Shown piece by piece: positions 63,801 to 64,000 of a DNA stretch of 64,000 nucleotides (position 1 is its first letter; every line of letters starts with the position of its first letter). Made by a program: the position numbers and the translations under genes. The stretch is from assembly GCF_036365525.1 (NCBI RefSeq), contig NC_090387.1, forward strand, positions 43,019,404 through 43,083,403, written 5' to 3'. Under the pieces are notes generated by a model that was given only the letters and a program-made list of their open reading frames with translations, did no database searches and was not told the DNA's origin. This stretch comes from Heterodontus francisci. Lineage: Eukaryota.

Positions 63801-64000
63801 CCTTGTCCTTGATCCCCCCTCCTCTGACTCCTTGCAGAAGTTCCCATCCCCCAGCCATTTTAGTTTAAACCTTCCCCAACCACTCTAGCAAATACTAGGA
63901 CATCAGTCCCAGTTTTGCCCAGGTGTAACCTGTCCAGTTTGTACTGGTCCCACCTCCCCCAGAACCGGTATCAATGTGCCAGGAATCTAAAACCCTCCCC
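60803..64000 (-). mobile_element. CR1 LINE with nearly complete ORF2 (APE endonuclease + RT), several lesions; runs off the window
   Basis: ARSIHNK..ETWL..GGGVAL..GVVYRP..MGDFN (63132-63728), SDHN, RT 61330-62355 with KFADDTKL, and a (TTTCTATG)n tail. Confidence 0.95.

Noticed and set aside
1-64000. CRISPR array, prokaryotic operon or defence-type RT system
   Set aside because: There are no regularly spaced repeat-spacer units. All RT, integrase and nuclease ORFs belong to eukaryotic TE families.

Overview
This is eukaryotic, repeat-dense genomic DNA, most likely a cartilaginous fish (inferred from the CR1/RTE/Penelope/V-SINE/DeuSINE mix). It reads as intronic or intergenic sequence. Most of the window is nested transposable-element debris: many CR1 and L2 LINE fragments, four RTE copies, and five Penelope-like elements (PLEs), most with inverted pseudo-LTRs and minimal hammerhead-ribozyme motifs. 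One PLE keeps an almost intact RT+GIY-YIG ORF. There are three Gypsy/Ty3 LTR elements, one with the Gmr1-type integrase-before-RT order, plus a very decayed DIRS-like element, a hAT remnant, Harbinger remnants and MITEs, and SINEs. AT-rich unique islands (about 18-21, 49, 53-54.8 and 57.7-59.3 kb) may hold conserved non-coding elements and one or two minus-strand exons of an unidentified host gene. I found no clearly new biological system. The best leads are the PLE ribozyme/inverted-end architecture, the Gmr1-type element with an inverted integrase patch, the DIRS fossil, a tRNA-headed LINE, and multi-level nesting dated by target-site duplications (TSDs). All family calls come from motif recognition by eye, and boundaries without a TSD are approximate.
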